This document shows positions 47,433 to 59,119 of a stretch of DNA of 63,059 nt, in pieces. Under the pieces are notes generated by a model. That model was given only the letters and a program-made list of their open reading frames with translations, made no database searches and was not told the origin of the DNA. Positions within the stretch are counted from its first letter, which is position 1. The number at the start of each line of letters is the position of its first letter. The position numbers and the translations under genes are program-made. This DNA comes from Psammoneis japonica (Eukaryota). The DNA is taken from assembly GCA_008632985.1 (NCBI GenBank), contig QPGO01000120.1, forward strand, positions 186,001 through 249,059, written 5' to 3'.

Positions 47433-48261
47433 CGCTGGTGAACCGACAAGCATCGCTGACTTCTTCTTTGATTTTGACTGAACACTCAAGCAGTCGTCAC
47501 AAATCTTCCTCTAAACAGAGCATCTTCTTGGACACATCGAAGATCCGCAAATGTGCTCCAATTGCATTGAATCTGGCGGAAGCCAACACCATGTGAAATT
47601 CGTTTGAAGAGCGGCTTGCCTTTGCGCAGCAGGTTGAGGAAAGCCTGAAATTTGAGCGGTTGGCCTTTTTGGACAAATGAGACGGTGCGTTGTTCATTTC
47701 ATGACAGCAGTGCACTTTGCAATGCCAAGTTTGTCAAGCACAGCATGTTGATGAGAAGCGTTGAGTGGAAGGGCTGAAACAATCAAACGAAGTGGAGGGA
47801 ACATCTGGCTGGGAACAATGGCAGCAAAAAGGCCGTCTGTGCCCTGCCAACTTCGATGGTGGGTACGTTCCGCATGGAGAATTGGCCGGATGGGCCCTTT
47901 GCGTTGCAGTGCATTGTCACGCTCCTGTTGTGGAAAGAGGCCTGTCCCGTTCCTGCCACAAATTTGTCAGTTGGGCTTGCCGATGAGCCCATGCGCCACG
48001 CCACGGCGGCATCTACATTAGTTAAAAAAAAAAAAGCCGCCTAAAATTGTAGCATTCATCGAGTCGAAGATTGCCGATGAGACGAGGATTAATTTAAACC
48101 CGTGTGCATTGACAGAAATTGAGAATCCTCATCAACGTTAAGCAAAATGGGTGAAATGATCCGAATTCGTGAATTCCCTCGCCATGCGAGGTCATAAGCT
48201 GCAACTGCTCAACAAACAAACAAAAATGGCTGCGAGCTTAGAGGTCTTCTGTGACCTTCGT

Positions 48262-51243
48262 CTACAAGTGAGGCAAGAACCGTCGTTCACACCAAAGTAA
48301 AAAGCTGTTCAGCCGTGTGCACAAGACCTGGGCGTCCCCCTCTTTCCCCACCGCCTCAATCAACCTCTGTACATTGTCGTGCACCTTTTCTTTGCTGTCC
48401 TCCGGCTTCTTTTTTGCACCACCAGATCTCGTTCTGTCCACCTTCATCCACGTCATGGCCGCCTTCCAGAAGACTGGAGAAAATGCGTTTTGAAACTCCA
48501 ACAGCGCTTGCTGTTGAGTCGCATTGAGACGTTCCAAAATGTTGTAAGTACTGCCACTGCTTCCATGCAAGAGCTTCTTGAATCCGTCCGTCTCTTTCGT
48601 CGACTTGCGGCTGACGATTCTATCCCAAGAGACAACGTCGGGGACAAAGGGACAGGATTGTTTTTCGGCGACCTTGGCGGCACGAGGAATCGGTGTGTGC
48701 GTACAAAGAAGTTTATTGTTTGATGGTACCTTCAAGAGTACATCGGGAACATGATCTTCATACACCTTCCCATAAAGCTCGTAGGGCTCATCTTTTTCTT
48801 CGGGTGCTACCACGCAGAGCAAGACACGGAGTAAATGAGCATCCAGGAATGGAGAAAAGCAATTCCGTAGAAAATAGGATGATGGAATGGCAAACCATGA
48901 CCCACCGCGCAAACCCTTGTATATGTCAGACAGGAACGCTCGCGTAAATAGTTTAAGTTGAAAGGCAAACGCCACGTCAAAGGCCATGGTAGTTTGGTGG
49001 GACATCATGATTTCAGCATTGGCGTGAAGAGTGTCGAAAGCTCTCCTGTCTCCCTCCAAACAGTCGAACACTTCTCGCAACGTGTCGACTGGGTTCCTCA
49101 CTTCAATTGGATTTCCTTTGCTGTTTTTCCTAGCAGCTTCATCTTGGTCAAGTGTCGCGTGTGCACCAAACATGGCATGGAACAATCTCGTCGCACGTGG
49201 TGCCACGTCGATCTCGAGATCCTCTCGAGTCCTGACGGGCAAAGGCGACTTGTCAAAACACAAAAATCCCAATAATTCCGTTCCAAAACGACCGTGTATA
49301 GTGTGCGTCATAATCGATTCACGGAAACGTTCAGTAGATCGTTTTTGTTTTCGTCGGTAGGGCGTTTGGTCATGTAAATCTGAAAGAATAGACTCCTTGG
49401 TAGTTCGGCGTACTGTGGCTGTTGTGTGCGTAGTAACTTTGATTTGACGATGTGGCAATGCAAAGGTTTGAACCAGATATCGGGCAATTTGCCAATCGGT
49501 TTTCTGCTTGGCATGGGTCTGAAACATAAAGTCTCTCGGAAATGCATAGGGGACGACGACCTTATCCTCCATCCCGTTCTCTGGGTTCTGCTGTTGCCAT
49601 TGTAACAACAAGCAAGCCAAAATCAAACGAGTATCGCCCCCACCGGTGAGTGCTGCACCGGTTACTATTCCACACTGAAAAGCTTGTCGAATAGAAGCCT
49701 TTATGGCATCGAATATGGCATCAAGTACCCATTCCTTCTTGTGTTTTCCAACCATGGTGGAAGAACCATGATGACTCGATGAGTCACTGCTGGTGGCTGG
49801 AAGATCGCCGTAAAGAGTATTGTGAGGCTGATACATTTTCTTTTCTTTTTTCAGTGGAACGATCTTTACACCTGGTGGAATCATTGTGGTGCTACCTTCC
49901 TCCTTGTTGCCGCCGGATTTCGGTCGCAGACTATTTGACGCCCTTTGTCGCCAACAACCCGTCCAACTGGAAAACAAATTTGAGTTTCTTGGGAGCTCAA
50001 GTTGTGTTTTGGGTGCTATTTTTGTTCCGGTTGAAGTCTTTTTGAGGACGTGGTCGCTGTTGCCTTGTTGGCTAGTAGAACACAATGTGTCGGCTGGCAA
50101 TTCTTTGAACACTTGTTCGCAAGCACCATAGCACTCAATGTACCGAGAAACTTCCAGCATAATATTCTTGGCATTCGACGAGCAGCCTTTCGATAACATC
50201 GTCGTGCCTTGCAGCATGTTGCGATTATTATTGTTGTTGCTGGGTCCAACAACTGTGAGGCATGTTCCCGGTTCTAAATTGTAAATGTGTCGACAAAAGG
50301 TTCGTATCAGCCCATCCACACCCTGTACCGTCACACGTTTCCCACCCAAAGTGGTCCCAAAGGTTAAATATTCCGCCACAATGTCCCAATCCAGCGTGAG
50401 ATGACTATTGTTGTTGTTGTTGTGCTTGCCGGGAAGTAGTAGCGAAGGCACTAGACAATCCCAGTACGTGGACAAGGCAACGATCGAATGCCTGTCATTG
50501 TCATCATCATTGTCATTGCGCCTTGATGATGTTGATGATGATGATGCAAAAGCCGCATCCTTGTCCGCCACAAACAAGGGCATGAAACCAAAAGGATCAT
50601 TCCAAGCAAAGAGTTGTAAGGTTGGCTTGTGTACGACAAGGACGGCAAAATGGCCCGACACTTGTTTCAAATACCGTCCCAGAGCGTTTCGAATCATCTG
50701 GTCAGTAGTACGGCAATGCTGTTGTTGTTCGGATGACGATGATAATGATGACAAGGAGGGTTTCGATGCATTGTTGGGTAAGCGAGTCATTTCTTCGACC
50801 TTATCGAGAATTGTCCTGGCAAACGTTTGCTTGCTCGACGACGACATTGACGAAGAAGAAGAATGGAAATTGTACGGAAAGCCGGCACACAAGACGACAA
50901 AATTGTTACTTTCTTGAATACAATCCGGAAAGTTGGACGCCAATACTATCCATACATTATCATCATCAGAAGAAGATGAATCGTCACTGCTACGCCACAC
51001 GGAACAGGGCAATTCCGACGTGGCGGCACCAAACGCCTCCAGAATCTTTGTTTCGACCGAGTCGTCGTCGTCGCCACGACAACGACGATAACGCCGTTGA
51101 CGACGAATGGCGAGCACATGTTGCGAGTTGCCGTGATGGTGACGGTGTGGATGTTGATCATCCATGGTCTCTTTCTCGACTTCTCTGCCAGCTACCGGTA
51201 TGGATACGGCAGTTGTCGATAGAAGACAAATAATGATGTTCAT
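48262..51243 (-). CDS. Asparagine synthetase-like protein (divergent Ntn domain plus adenylation domain)
   Basis: SGHFAVLV..LFAWNDPFGFMPLF, LEPGTCL, ALTGGGDTRLILA (cf. LSGGLDS), HGRFGTELLG and SPFLD. Intact 993-aa ORF. Confidence 0.65.
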   Translation of the reverse strand: MNIIICLLSTTAVSIPVAGREVEKETMDDQHPHRHHHGNSQHVLAIRRQRRYRRCRGDDDDSVETKILEAFGAATSELPCSVWRSSDDSSSSDDDNVWIVLASNFPDCIQESNNFVVLCAGFPYNFHSSSSSMSSSSKQTFARTILDKVEEMTRLPNNASKPSLSSLSSSSEQQQHCRTTDQMIRNALGRYLKQVSGHFAVLVVHKPTLQLFAWNDPFGFMPLFVADKDAAFASSSSTSSRRNDNDDDNDRHSIVALSTYWDCLVPSLLLPGKHNNNNNSHLTLDWDIVAEYLTFGTTLGGKRVTVQGVDGLIRTFCRHIYNLEPGTCLTVVGPSNNNNNRNMLQGTTMLSKGCSSNAKNIMLEVSRYIECYGACEQVFKELPADTLCSTSQQGNSDHVLKKTSTGTKIAPKTQLELPRNSNLFSSWTGCWRQRASNSLRPKSGGNKEEGSTTMIPPGVKIVPLKKEKKMYQPHNTLYGDLPATSSDSSSHHGSSTMVGKHKKEWVLDAIFDAIKASIRQAFQCGIVTGAALTGGGDTRLILACLLLQWQQQNPENGMEDKVVVPYAFPRDFMFQTHAKQKTDWQIARYLVQTFALPHRQIKVTTHTTATVRRTTKESILSDLHDQTPYRRKQKRSTERFRESIMTHTIHGRFGTELLGFLCFDKSPLPVRTREDLEIDVAPRATRLFHAMFGAHATLDQDEAARKNSKGNPIEVRNPVDTLREVFDCLEGDRRAFDTLHANAEIMMSHQTTMAFDVAFAFQLKLFTRAFLSDIYKGLRGGSWFAIPSSYFLRNCFSPFLDAHLLRVLLCVVAPEEKDEPYELYGKVYEDHVPDVLLKVPSNNKLLCTHTPIPRAAKVAEKQSCPFVPDVVSWDRIVSRKSTKETDGFKKLLHGSSGSTYNILERLNATQQQALLEFQNAFSPVFWKAAMTWMKVDRTRSGGAKKKPEDSKEKVHDNVQRLIEAVGKEGDAQVLCTRLNSFLLWCERRFLPHL

Positions 51244-52071
51244 GCCGCCTGTGCGCGGTCGGTCGCGCCGCGATGTCGCGCGTTTGTCTTAATTGCGCCA
51301 GGGCGGATGGCTTCAGGCTCGCATTGTTCGACTGCGCTAACTGGATTTCGCGCAGTTGAGAGCACCAGAGCAGTTTTCCGCACGAAAAATTGCACCGGTG
51401 CTTTGGGAAGAGGGACAGTCGTCGTTTTGTGTTGGCCACACACACACAATGGTTGCAAAGTGAAATTTGGTGGCATCACATTGCATCCAGTGTCTGGTTT
51501 GGAAACAAATGGAGTCATTAAAATTGCTCAGATTGTTGCAAAAAAATGTCAAAGTGTTTGCGTGAACGGCGAACAATCATCTGCTGTGGAGCAGCTGGGG
51601 TCAAGCAATGACAAATGGAGTGTGAAGAAAGGAACATCAATGAAATTGATCTGTGGCGTGTGATCACTGCACTGGCATGCAGTGGCAGGGCCCCAGCTTT
51701 TTTGTCATTTTTTGCTGCGGCATTGTTTTCAGAAGGCACAGCATCGATGCAGCACAGCTGTTCATCAAATTTGGTCAAGAACTTAAAACAGGACAACAAA
51801 ACATCATGGGCGACAAAAATGTTGAGACGAAATGGTGGTTCCTGCTGAAGACAGTGCAGGTGATGAGGAAATGAAGGTCAACACAGAGAACAAGGATGGC
51901 ACGAAGGAGGTGGAGGAAAAGGAAGATGTTTGCAGTGCGTCTGTGACCAGCAATCATCCTCAAGGCATGGGAATGTTTGTGGTCATGCATTGTCCACATG
52001 TCAATCGTGCCACAGTCGCAGATGCACACAAAGGACAGAACAATCATGCAGAGTTGATCGGATGTCGAAAA

Positions 52072-52461
52072 GACGCGCTCCAGGTCTGGGTGGGACCTCG
52101 CACTGCTGAACTGTGACATCGACAGTTTTTTGAATCGCGTCGTATGTCGCGCACGTACATTTCTACGTGATTTTGGCAAAATTTTGCACGATTTTATAGT
52201 GCATTTGTCAGGCTATCCATTGAACAACTTTTCACATTTTTTTCTTCTACGCCATTCTCGAGTGTCTTGAGAATGGCGCAGGGCAGGCGCATTGTCCAAA
52301 ACTTCGAGTACGAACAGGGACAGATGCACTGCAAACTTGGCCGTTTTTTTTAATGTCGAAGACAAACACATCCATCAACCAGAGTACGAACTGCAGAGCT
52401 CACACGTGGAATTCTACGGGGCAAATGTCACAAAAAGTCCCACCTGGGACTGGAACCCGTC
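52072..52461 (+). mobile_element. MITE (390 bp), GAC...GTC family, partly mutated
   Basis: GACGCGCTCCAGGTCTGGGTGGGAC / GTCCCACCTGGGACTGGAACCCGTC. AAAA TSD. Confidence 0.92.
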
Positions 52462-53008
52462 AAAATTGCAAATGCGATCGATTGACAATGTTGACATCTT
52501 GCGTGTCAACAGCAATCGCATCTGGACAATCTGTTGTCACGAACACATTCTCCGAAAGGCCTTTTGTCTGCAGAAGCAGTGCAGAAGCTTCAGGCCATTG
52601 AGAACTCGTTCGGAGAAACCAAAAATCACAGAGCAAAATTCAATCTCATAATTTTCACTTTTCGAACTTCGTTCTACTTTCGTTTGCACTCGTTCTTCGA
52701 GCACAGTGCAGCAGCAACCAGCACATTGTGTTTGTAAGATGACTGGTGCAAAATTGTTCAATGGTGACTCAAATGGATGTCGCCAGAAGTTTCCCAAATT
52801 GGAGGAATGACGATGTCCTCTCTTTTGTCTTTTCCCTGGTCTTGTTGTTGGAATGATGGGAGAGAGCTGGTTGCGCCAAGACATGTTCGTGTGCACCCCC
52901 TTGCAAATGGAGAATGTGTCCCCTGCTGCAAATCTTGAGTCACCTGGAACCAACCACAGCAGCTTGTGACACTTTTGGATCTTTCTCGCAACCATGAAAA
53001 AAGCACGC

Positions 53009-53397
53009 GACGCGTTCCAGCCCTAGGTGGGACTCCGTGTGACATTGGGCCCGTAGAATTCTACGTGCGAGCTCCGTAGTACGAGAATTTAATTAATGGA
53101 TATATTTATCTTCAACATCAAATAAACGGCCAAGTTTGTGGTACAATTATGCCTCTTACCACTCGACGTTTTTGCAAATGCACCTGCCCTACGCGATTCT
53201 TAAGACATTATAGAATCGCGCTGTAACAAAAAATGTCAAAAGTTTTTGGACGGATCGCTCAATAAGTGTACCGTAAAATGACACAAAATATAAAAAAATC
53301 ACGTAGAATTCTACGTGCGCGACATACGACGAGATTCAAAAAACTGTCGATGTCACAGTTCAGCAGTACGAGGTCCCACCTAGACCTGGAACGCGTC
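53009..53397 (-). mobile_element. MITE (389 bp), GAC...GTC family, young TpA-rich copy in inverted orientation
   Basis: GACGCGTTCCAGCCCTAGGTGGGAC / GTCCCACCTAGACCTGGAACGCGTC. ACGC TSD. 18-bp palindrome CACGTAGAATTCTACGTG at 53300-53317. Confidence 0.95.
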
Positions 53398-53579
53398 ACG
53401 CATCACATCGGATTGACCATGATGATGCCTCGCGACTCTTCCCCAATGCCTTCCCAGGATGCTGTTCCTGCCGACACTGTCAACAATGACACTGACACAA
53501 CAGGTGACACGCCAAACGAGATGATGCAAACTGACGCTGCTGTTTTGATGCTCCGCTGCCTCTCACAGATGCTGTCGCG

Positions 53580-54960
53580 AATGCCAGTGCCGCACCTGTG
53601 TTTCTTTCGACCAGCATGCCCAATGCTGTTGCTTGCGCCCTTGTCACAACAGGTGCTGTTGATGCTGTTGTTGTCTTGCACCAATGACACCCACTGTCAA
53701 TTGCTGCAAAATGACACTTTCATTTCCATGCTGCACTGCCTCCAACAAACAATGTCATGAATGCCAATGCCGCACCTGGGTTTGGCTCCACCAGCATGCA
53801 TGACACTGTTGCTCATGCCATTGCTGTTGCAGGTGCTGTTGACACTGTCATTTTGTTGTGCCAACAACGTCCACAATTGAATGGTGCCAACTGACACTGC
53901 TTTCCATTCTCGCCCCACCACCTCCCACAGATGCTGTTGCAAACACAACCATGCCAACATCTCCCCCCCTGTCATCCCCAACAGATCACAATGCTGCTGC
54001 ACCCCGCGCAGATGGGGTTGCCCACTTGCTCCGGCAGTCGTCACCCAAATTCAGCAGGCGTTTGACCCTGACGACAATCCCACTCTTTCTTGTCATGGAA
54101 TGATGGGCCACCAGAAGGTCTGGCTGGTCCCAACACAAGCACATTTGCACTCTCTTTTGTGGTTGTCCTCACTTAGAATGGGAAGGACCAATGAGGAAAC
54201 CAACCACTCAGGCGCAAATTGGGATTGTCTTGGAATGTCTGGCGGCGGCAGGCACTCAATTGGCAACAACATCGTTGGCCAATTTGTGGAAACTGCCACT
54301 TTTGCACATTCTTTTTGCAGCTCTGTTTCTTGTCATTGAACATGCTAACTCAGTGTTTTTAACCAACTGACAATCCCAAGACATGCGCGCCTGCACTCTC
54401 TTTTGCGCAGTTGTCTTCAGCTGGGATGGGGAGGAGCCATGAGAAAACCACTTGTTCCCCCACCTGCTGTGTTGCAGGGAGCTCACATGGTCCAGGTGGG
54501 CTCGACTCGCTGGCTCCCCAATCCTCTGACAAACATTGCGGAAGTGGCCACAGTCAGCCACGTTCTTGCCCCACATCCCTTCATTCTTTGGGGTGTCATG
54601 ACTTGTGCCACAGTGATCCTCCATCAGTGCATCTTCTCTGCACGTGCAGCTTTCATGCCGTGATGTCACCTGAAGGAGGCACTGGAGCATGGGAAAAAAG
54701 TGTGAGTTGGTGCCATTGCACCAGTGGGTGTTTTTGGCACAAGACAGCAACAGCGACAACAGCACCCATTGCAGCAAGGGCAGGAGAGCAACAGTGGCGG
54801 GCATGCCAGTCGAATGAAATGCAGGTGCGGCTTTGGCATCTGTGTGTGCCTGTGGGAGGCAGCGGAGTGAGCGTGGATAAAAAAAAGTGTGAGTTGGTGC
54901 CATTAATTGTGGATGTTATTTGCACAAGACAATGACAGTGTCAACATCACCCATGGCAGT
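53580..54960. repeat. ~180-bp degenerate unit in tandem (53581, 53761) and inverted (about 54660-54960)
   Basis: ATGCCA.TGCCGCACCTG..CAGCATGC..GTGCTGTTG recurs. The reverse complement includes CAGGTGCGGC..TGGCAT at ~54822-54840. Confidence 0.65.
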
Positions 54961-55290
54961 AGCGGCATAGGAGGAACCGTGGGATGAGAGTTTTTACTTA
55001 ACGAAATATACATATACGCCAGAATATGAATATATCCGACTCAACGCATGTGATGATGTCATCACACATTACCCACACCCGCATCCCATAGGACCACTGC
55101 GAAGGGGTGCAAACAACCGAGCGATGACCACTGACCACCGACCAACGAATCGAACGACCAACCTTCTTTCCGCCGTGCATTTGCAATCAAACCTCATCGG
55201 CTTGTTTTGCGGTTGTCAGTACATTGTTGTCGACCCAACCTCACAACTCCTCTCTGTGTGTTTCTCGATAAAAGAGACATAGGCGGAGAC

Positions 55291-58200
55291 ATGCCGAGAT
55301 TTTTGTTTTGTTCAGCAATTCTCTTGCTGAGTCTCTGGATCTCACCATGTTTTGCTACTCGCCCGTTTGGTATTTTCTCGGCTCGCGGCGGATCCGTCAC
55401 TCCTCCCACAAAGAGCGGTAGCAAATCCAAGGCACCCAAAAGAGCCATTCCTGTTCCCCATGAAGCCGTGACAATTTCCAAGGACGACAGTGAGGAAGAT
55501 CCCAGTGTCGATGGACCACTCATGGACAGCATCAACACACTCACGAGTATTTTGTCCGAGGTGGTCGAACGCGAGAATCCGCGTATTCACATGCTCTTTA
55601 ACAAATTCTACAAGTATGGCAAAACACGCGCCATTGATACCAACAATCAAGAATCACTTCTAGCCATGGTGGAGTGTGCCAAGAATTTGAGTCCCGAGGA
55701 TGCCTTGGGAGTCATGCGCATGTTGACTCTGGCACTCAATCTCGTCAATGCGGCCGAAAACCATCACAAGCTGCGGATTGTACGACAACGGGATTTAGAG
55801 AGTCATCAAGAGAATTCACCCGTGGGGCCATTGCCAAAGATTAGTGACAGTATGAGAGGGACTATTGATGATTTACTGGCAAACAAACAAGCTACAGCTG
55901 AGGAGATTTACAACCAGCTGCTTCAACAGCGGGTCGAAATTGTCTTGACGGCGCACCCCACGGAAGTCAATCGAAAAACACTTTTGCGCAAATGTAAGTC
56001 TTTTCGAATAAAACTTATGTACTGGTGATGATTTACGAGGTTGCTTATTTTCTTTGTCTTCTTCCCAATCATATAAGTCCGCGTCATTACAGAAACGTTG
56101 GCGTACTTGGATCGGCAAGACTTGCACCCCTACGAACGCAAAGAGGCTGAATCCAAGCTAAAACGCACCATTGCCGCCATTTGGGGTTCCGACGAAATTC
56201 GAAGAAAGAAACCGTCTCCCCAACAAGAGGCAGCCGGTGGCAATGCCGCCATTGAATCCGTCTTGTGGGATGCCGTACCGGCCTATCTCCGCAAATTGTC
56301 GGCACAGTGCGAGGCGTCTCTGGGAAAGCCACTGCCGGTGGATGTGGTGCCTATTAAATTTGGTTCGTGGATTGGTGGAGATCGGGACGGCAATCCCAAT
56401 GTCACGCCCCAAGTCACGACCGAAGTCATTACGCAGCAACGACTCCGTGCGGCAAAGTTGTTTCTGGACGACATGCACAAACTCTACTATGAACTTGCCA
56501 TTTCGTCGCGGTATTCGCCAGAAATGGAGGAATTGGCCAATTCTGTTACGGAATCGGAAGATGAATTGGAAAAGTATAGACGAGTGTTGGGACATTTGCG
56601 TTTGCGATTGGTCAAGACTGTGAAAGAGTGTGAGGCGGAACTTGCCAAACAGATATCGACCGCATCGGCAGCACGTGTAGCGGCCGAAGCGAGCAGCACG
56701 GTTCAACAACAGCACAATTTAAAGGGCTGGGAAGATGTCGAACCCATTTATGAATCCAAGGATTTGATGGAGCCGCTCTTGATTATGCACAGGTCCTTGG
56801 TCGATACTGATTTTGAATTGGTAGCGGACGGACACTTGGCGGATACGATTCGTCGATTGGCCGTCTTTGGAATGACCTTGGTGCCGTTGGATATTCGAGA
56901 GGAGTCTACAAAGCACACGGAGGCATTAGATGCTATTACGAAATGGTTGGGATTGGGATCGTACAAGTTGTGGGACGAAAAAACGAAAATGTCGTGGCTC
57001 GAGACCGAACTCAAGAGCAAACGTCCGCTGTTTAGGCCGGAAGAGATGGAAAGTCTTGGTTTTGATGAGCCCGTTTTGAAAACGTTACGAATCTTTCAAA
57101 TGGCTTCTGGTCAACACGCCGAAGCGCTTGGAGCATATGTGATTAGTCAAGCTCAGACGGCCAGCGATGTCCTTGGTGTCATGTTGTTGCAGCAACAGTT
57201 TGGCATGATGGCCAAAGGGAATATTATGAGGGTTGTTCCTCTCTTTGAGACTTTGGATGATTTGGAGAATGCCTCCAAAGTTATGGAAGAGTTATTCTCC
57301 ATCAAATTTTATGTCAGCGCAATCAACGGAAAGCAAGAAGTCATGGTGGGGTACAGCGACAGCGCCAAGGACGCTGGTCGTCTTGCTGCGTGCTGGGCGC
57401 AATACAAGTCTCAAGAAGGCATGGTCAAGGTTGCTCAAAAGTTTGGCATTGAACTCACCTTTTTCCACGGCAAGGGCGGCACTGTGGGTCGCGGTGGCAA
57501 CCCCGCACTGTACAGAGCAATCATGAGTCACCCACCGAACACAATCCATGGTCGATTCCGTGTCACAGAACAGGGAGAAATGATTACACAAAACTTTGGA
57601 GCACCCGCTATTGCGGAGCGGACTCTGGATATCTACACGGCGGCAGTCTTGTGCGAAAAGTTTACCAAACACGAGGAGCCGACAGAGGAATGGAGACAGC
57701 AAATGGAACGCATTTCAGAAGTCTCCTGTGCAGACTACAGATACCTCGTGCGAGAAGAACCACGCTTTGTGCCATACTTTCGACAGGCTACGCCAGAGTT
57801 GGAACTCGGAAGACTCAACATTGGCAGTCGACCTGCGAAACGTAATCCCAAGGGCGGTATTGAAAGTCTTCGTGCTATACCGTGGACGTTTGCATGGTAC
57901 GTTTTCATGGTTCTGTATTATTTTACATTTCTGAGTCGTATAATTGCTCAATGCCATTCTTTTACTTACTTCAGGACGCAGACACGTACGCATCTCTCTG
58001 CGTGGTTGGGTGTTGGAGCGGGACTCAAGACCAATGTAAGGGTATTGTCGTTGTGTTTGTGTCTCATTCCTACCGTGTGTATCTGGGCATACGGCTAACA
58101 ATCTCCGTACGTCAACGTTGCCTACCGTATCTCTACCTCAATGATACAGAATGACGAAGACTTGAATGAACTCAAGGACATGTACGAGAATTGGCCATGG

Positions 58201-58608
58201 TTCAAGGAAACGATAGGTTTGATCTCCATGATTATCAGCAAGACCGACTTTAGTATAAGTGAGAATTACGACATTCAATTGGTAGACCGCAGTGCAGGAG
58301 ACGAACTCATGAGGCTGGGTCAAGAGGTCCGTTCAAAAATGGTGGAGACTCGAGAAATGGTAATGCAGGTGACCGGCTCGGAAGCCTTGGCGCAAGGTCC
58401 ACACCAAGCTCTTATTCAAGGCTGGACCAAGATTCGGCATCCTTACGTGGATCCCATTAACGTTATGCAAGCCGAGCTCTTGAAGCGATTGCGAGCCATT
58501 GAAGCCAAGGGTAATCCAGAAGAGCAGAGGGAGGAAACGGAGCGCTTAAAGGACGCACTTATTGTATCCATCAATGGCATTGCACAGGGAATGCGCAACA
58601 GTGGATAA
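55291..58608 (+). CDS. PEPC: Phosphoenolpyruvate carboxylase with N-terminal signal peptide; exons 55291-55993, 56078-57896, 57975-58035 and 58150-58608
   Basis: VLTAHPTE, GSWIGGDRDGNPNVT, QEVMVGYSDSAKDAG, FHGKGGTVGRGG, SLRAIPW and C-terminal GMRNSG. Three GT-AG introns restore the frame. Confidence 0.96.
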
Positions 58609-58647
58609 TTTTTCATTGTAATCTAAAAAAAGTCTCATAACATTTTT

Positions 58648-59090
58648 CTACTTGAACGAAAGCACTTCAATCAAAAATACGAGCTCGGAGTTCGGTTGAA
58701 TCCCCCAGGTCGGAAAACCGCCAGCGCCATAGGCATAGTCCGGACTGCAATGTACCTTTGCAACCTCGCCGAGCGACACTACAGGTAAAAAAAATAGAGA
58801 AAATGATGGAGCATGATGATTGAGTGGGTTCAATAAACACGCAAGAGCCAATACAAGCCATCACAATACAGTATCCACTTACTCCCAATGACACTCTCGT
58901 CCCAGCCCTTAATGACTTGTCCCATGCCCACGGCAAAAGTAAAGGGCTCTTGTCCCGGATCCTTGGTGCTCCAAAACTTTTTTGACAAGTCTCGATCCTT
59001 ACCGTAACCAGTGCAGTGCACCGTCACATTTTGACCCTTCTTTGGAAGAACCCCATTGCCTTGTTTCATGACTGTCTTTGTGAAACCCAT
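58648..59090 (-). CDS. FKBP12: FKBP12-type peptidyl-prolyl isomerase; intron 58779-58882
   Basis: PKKGQNVTVHCTG, PFTFAVGMGQVIKGWDE and PDYAYGAGGFPTWGIQPNSELVF.IEVL. Confidence 0.95.
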
Positions 59091-59119
59091 GGTTGACAAC
59101 AAAACAATCCGATGCAAAG

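Noticed and set aside
51500..53000. hAT transposase relic (LKQDNKTSWATKML; TFSERPF)
   Set aside because: Only two weak motif resemblances, with no termini or 8-bp TSD found.
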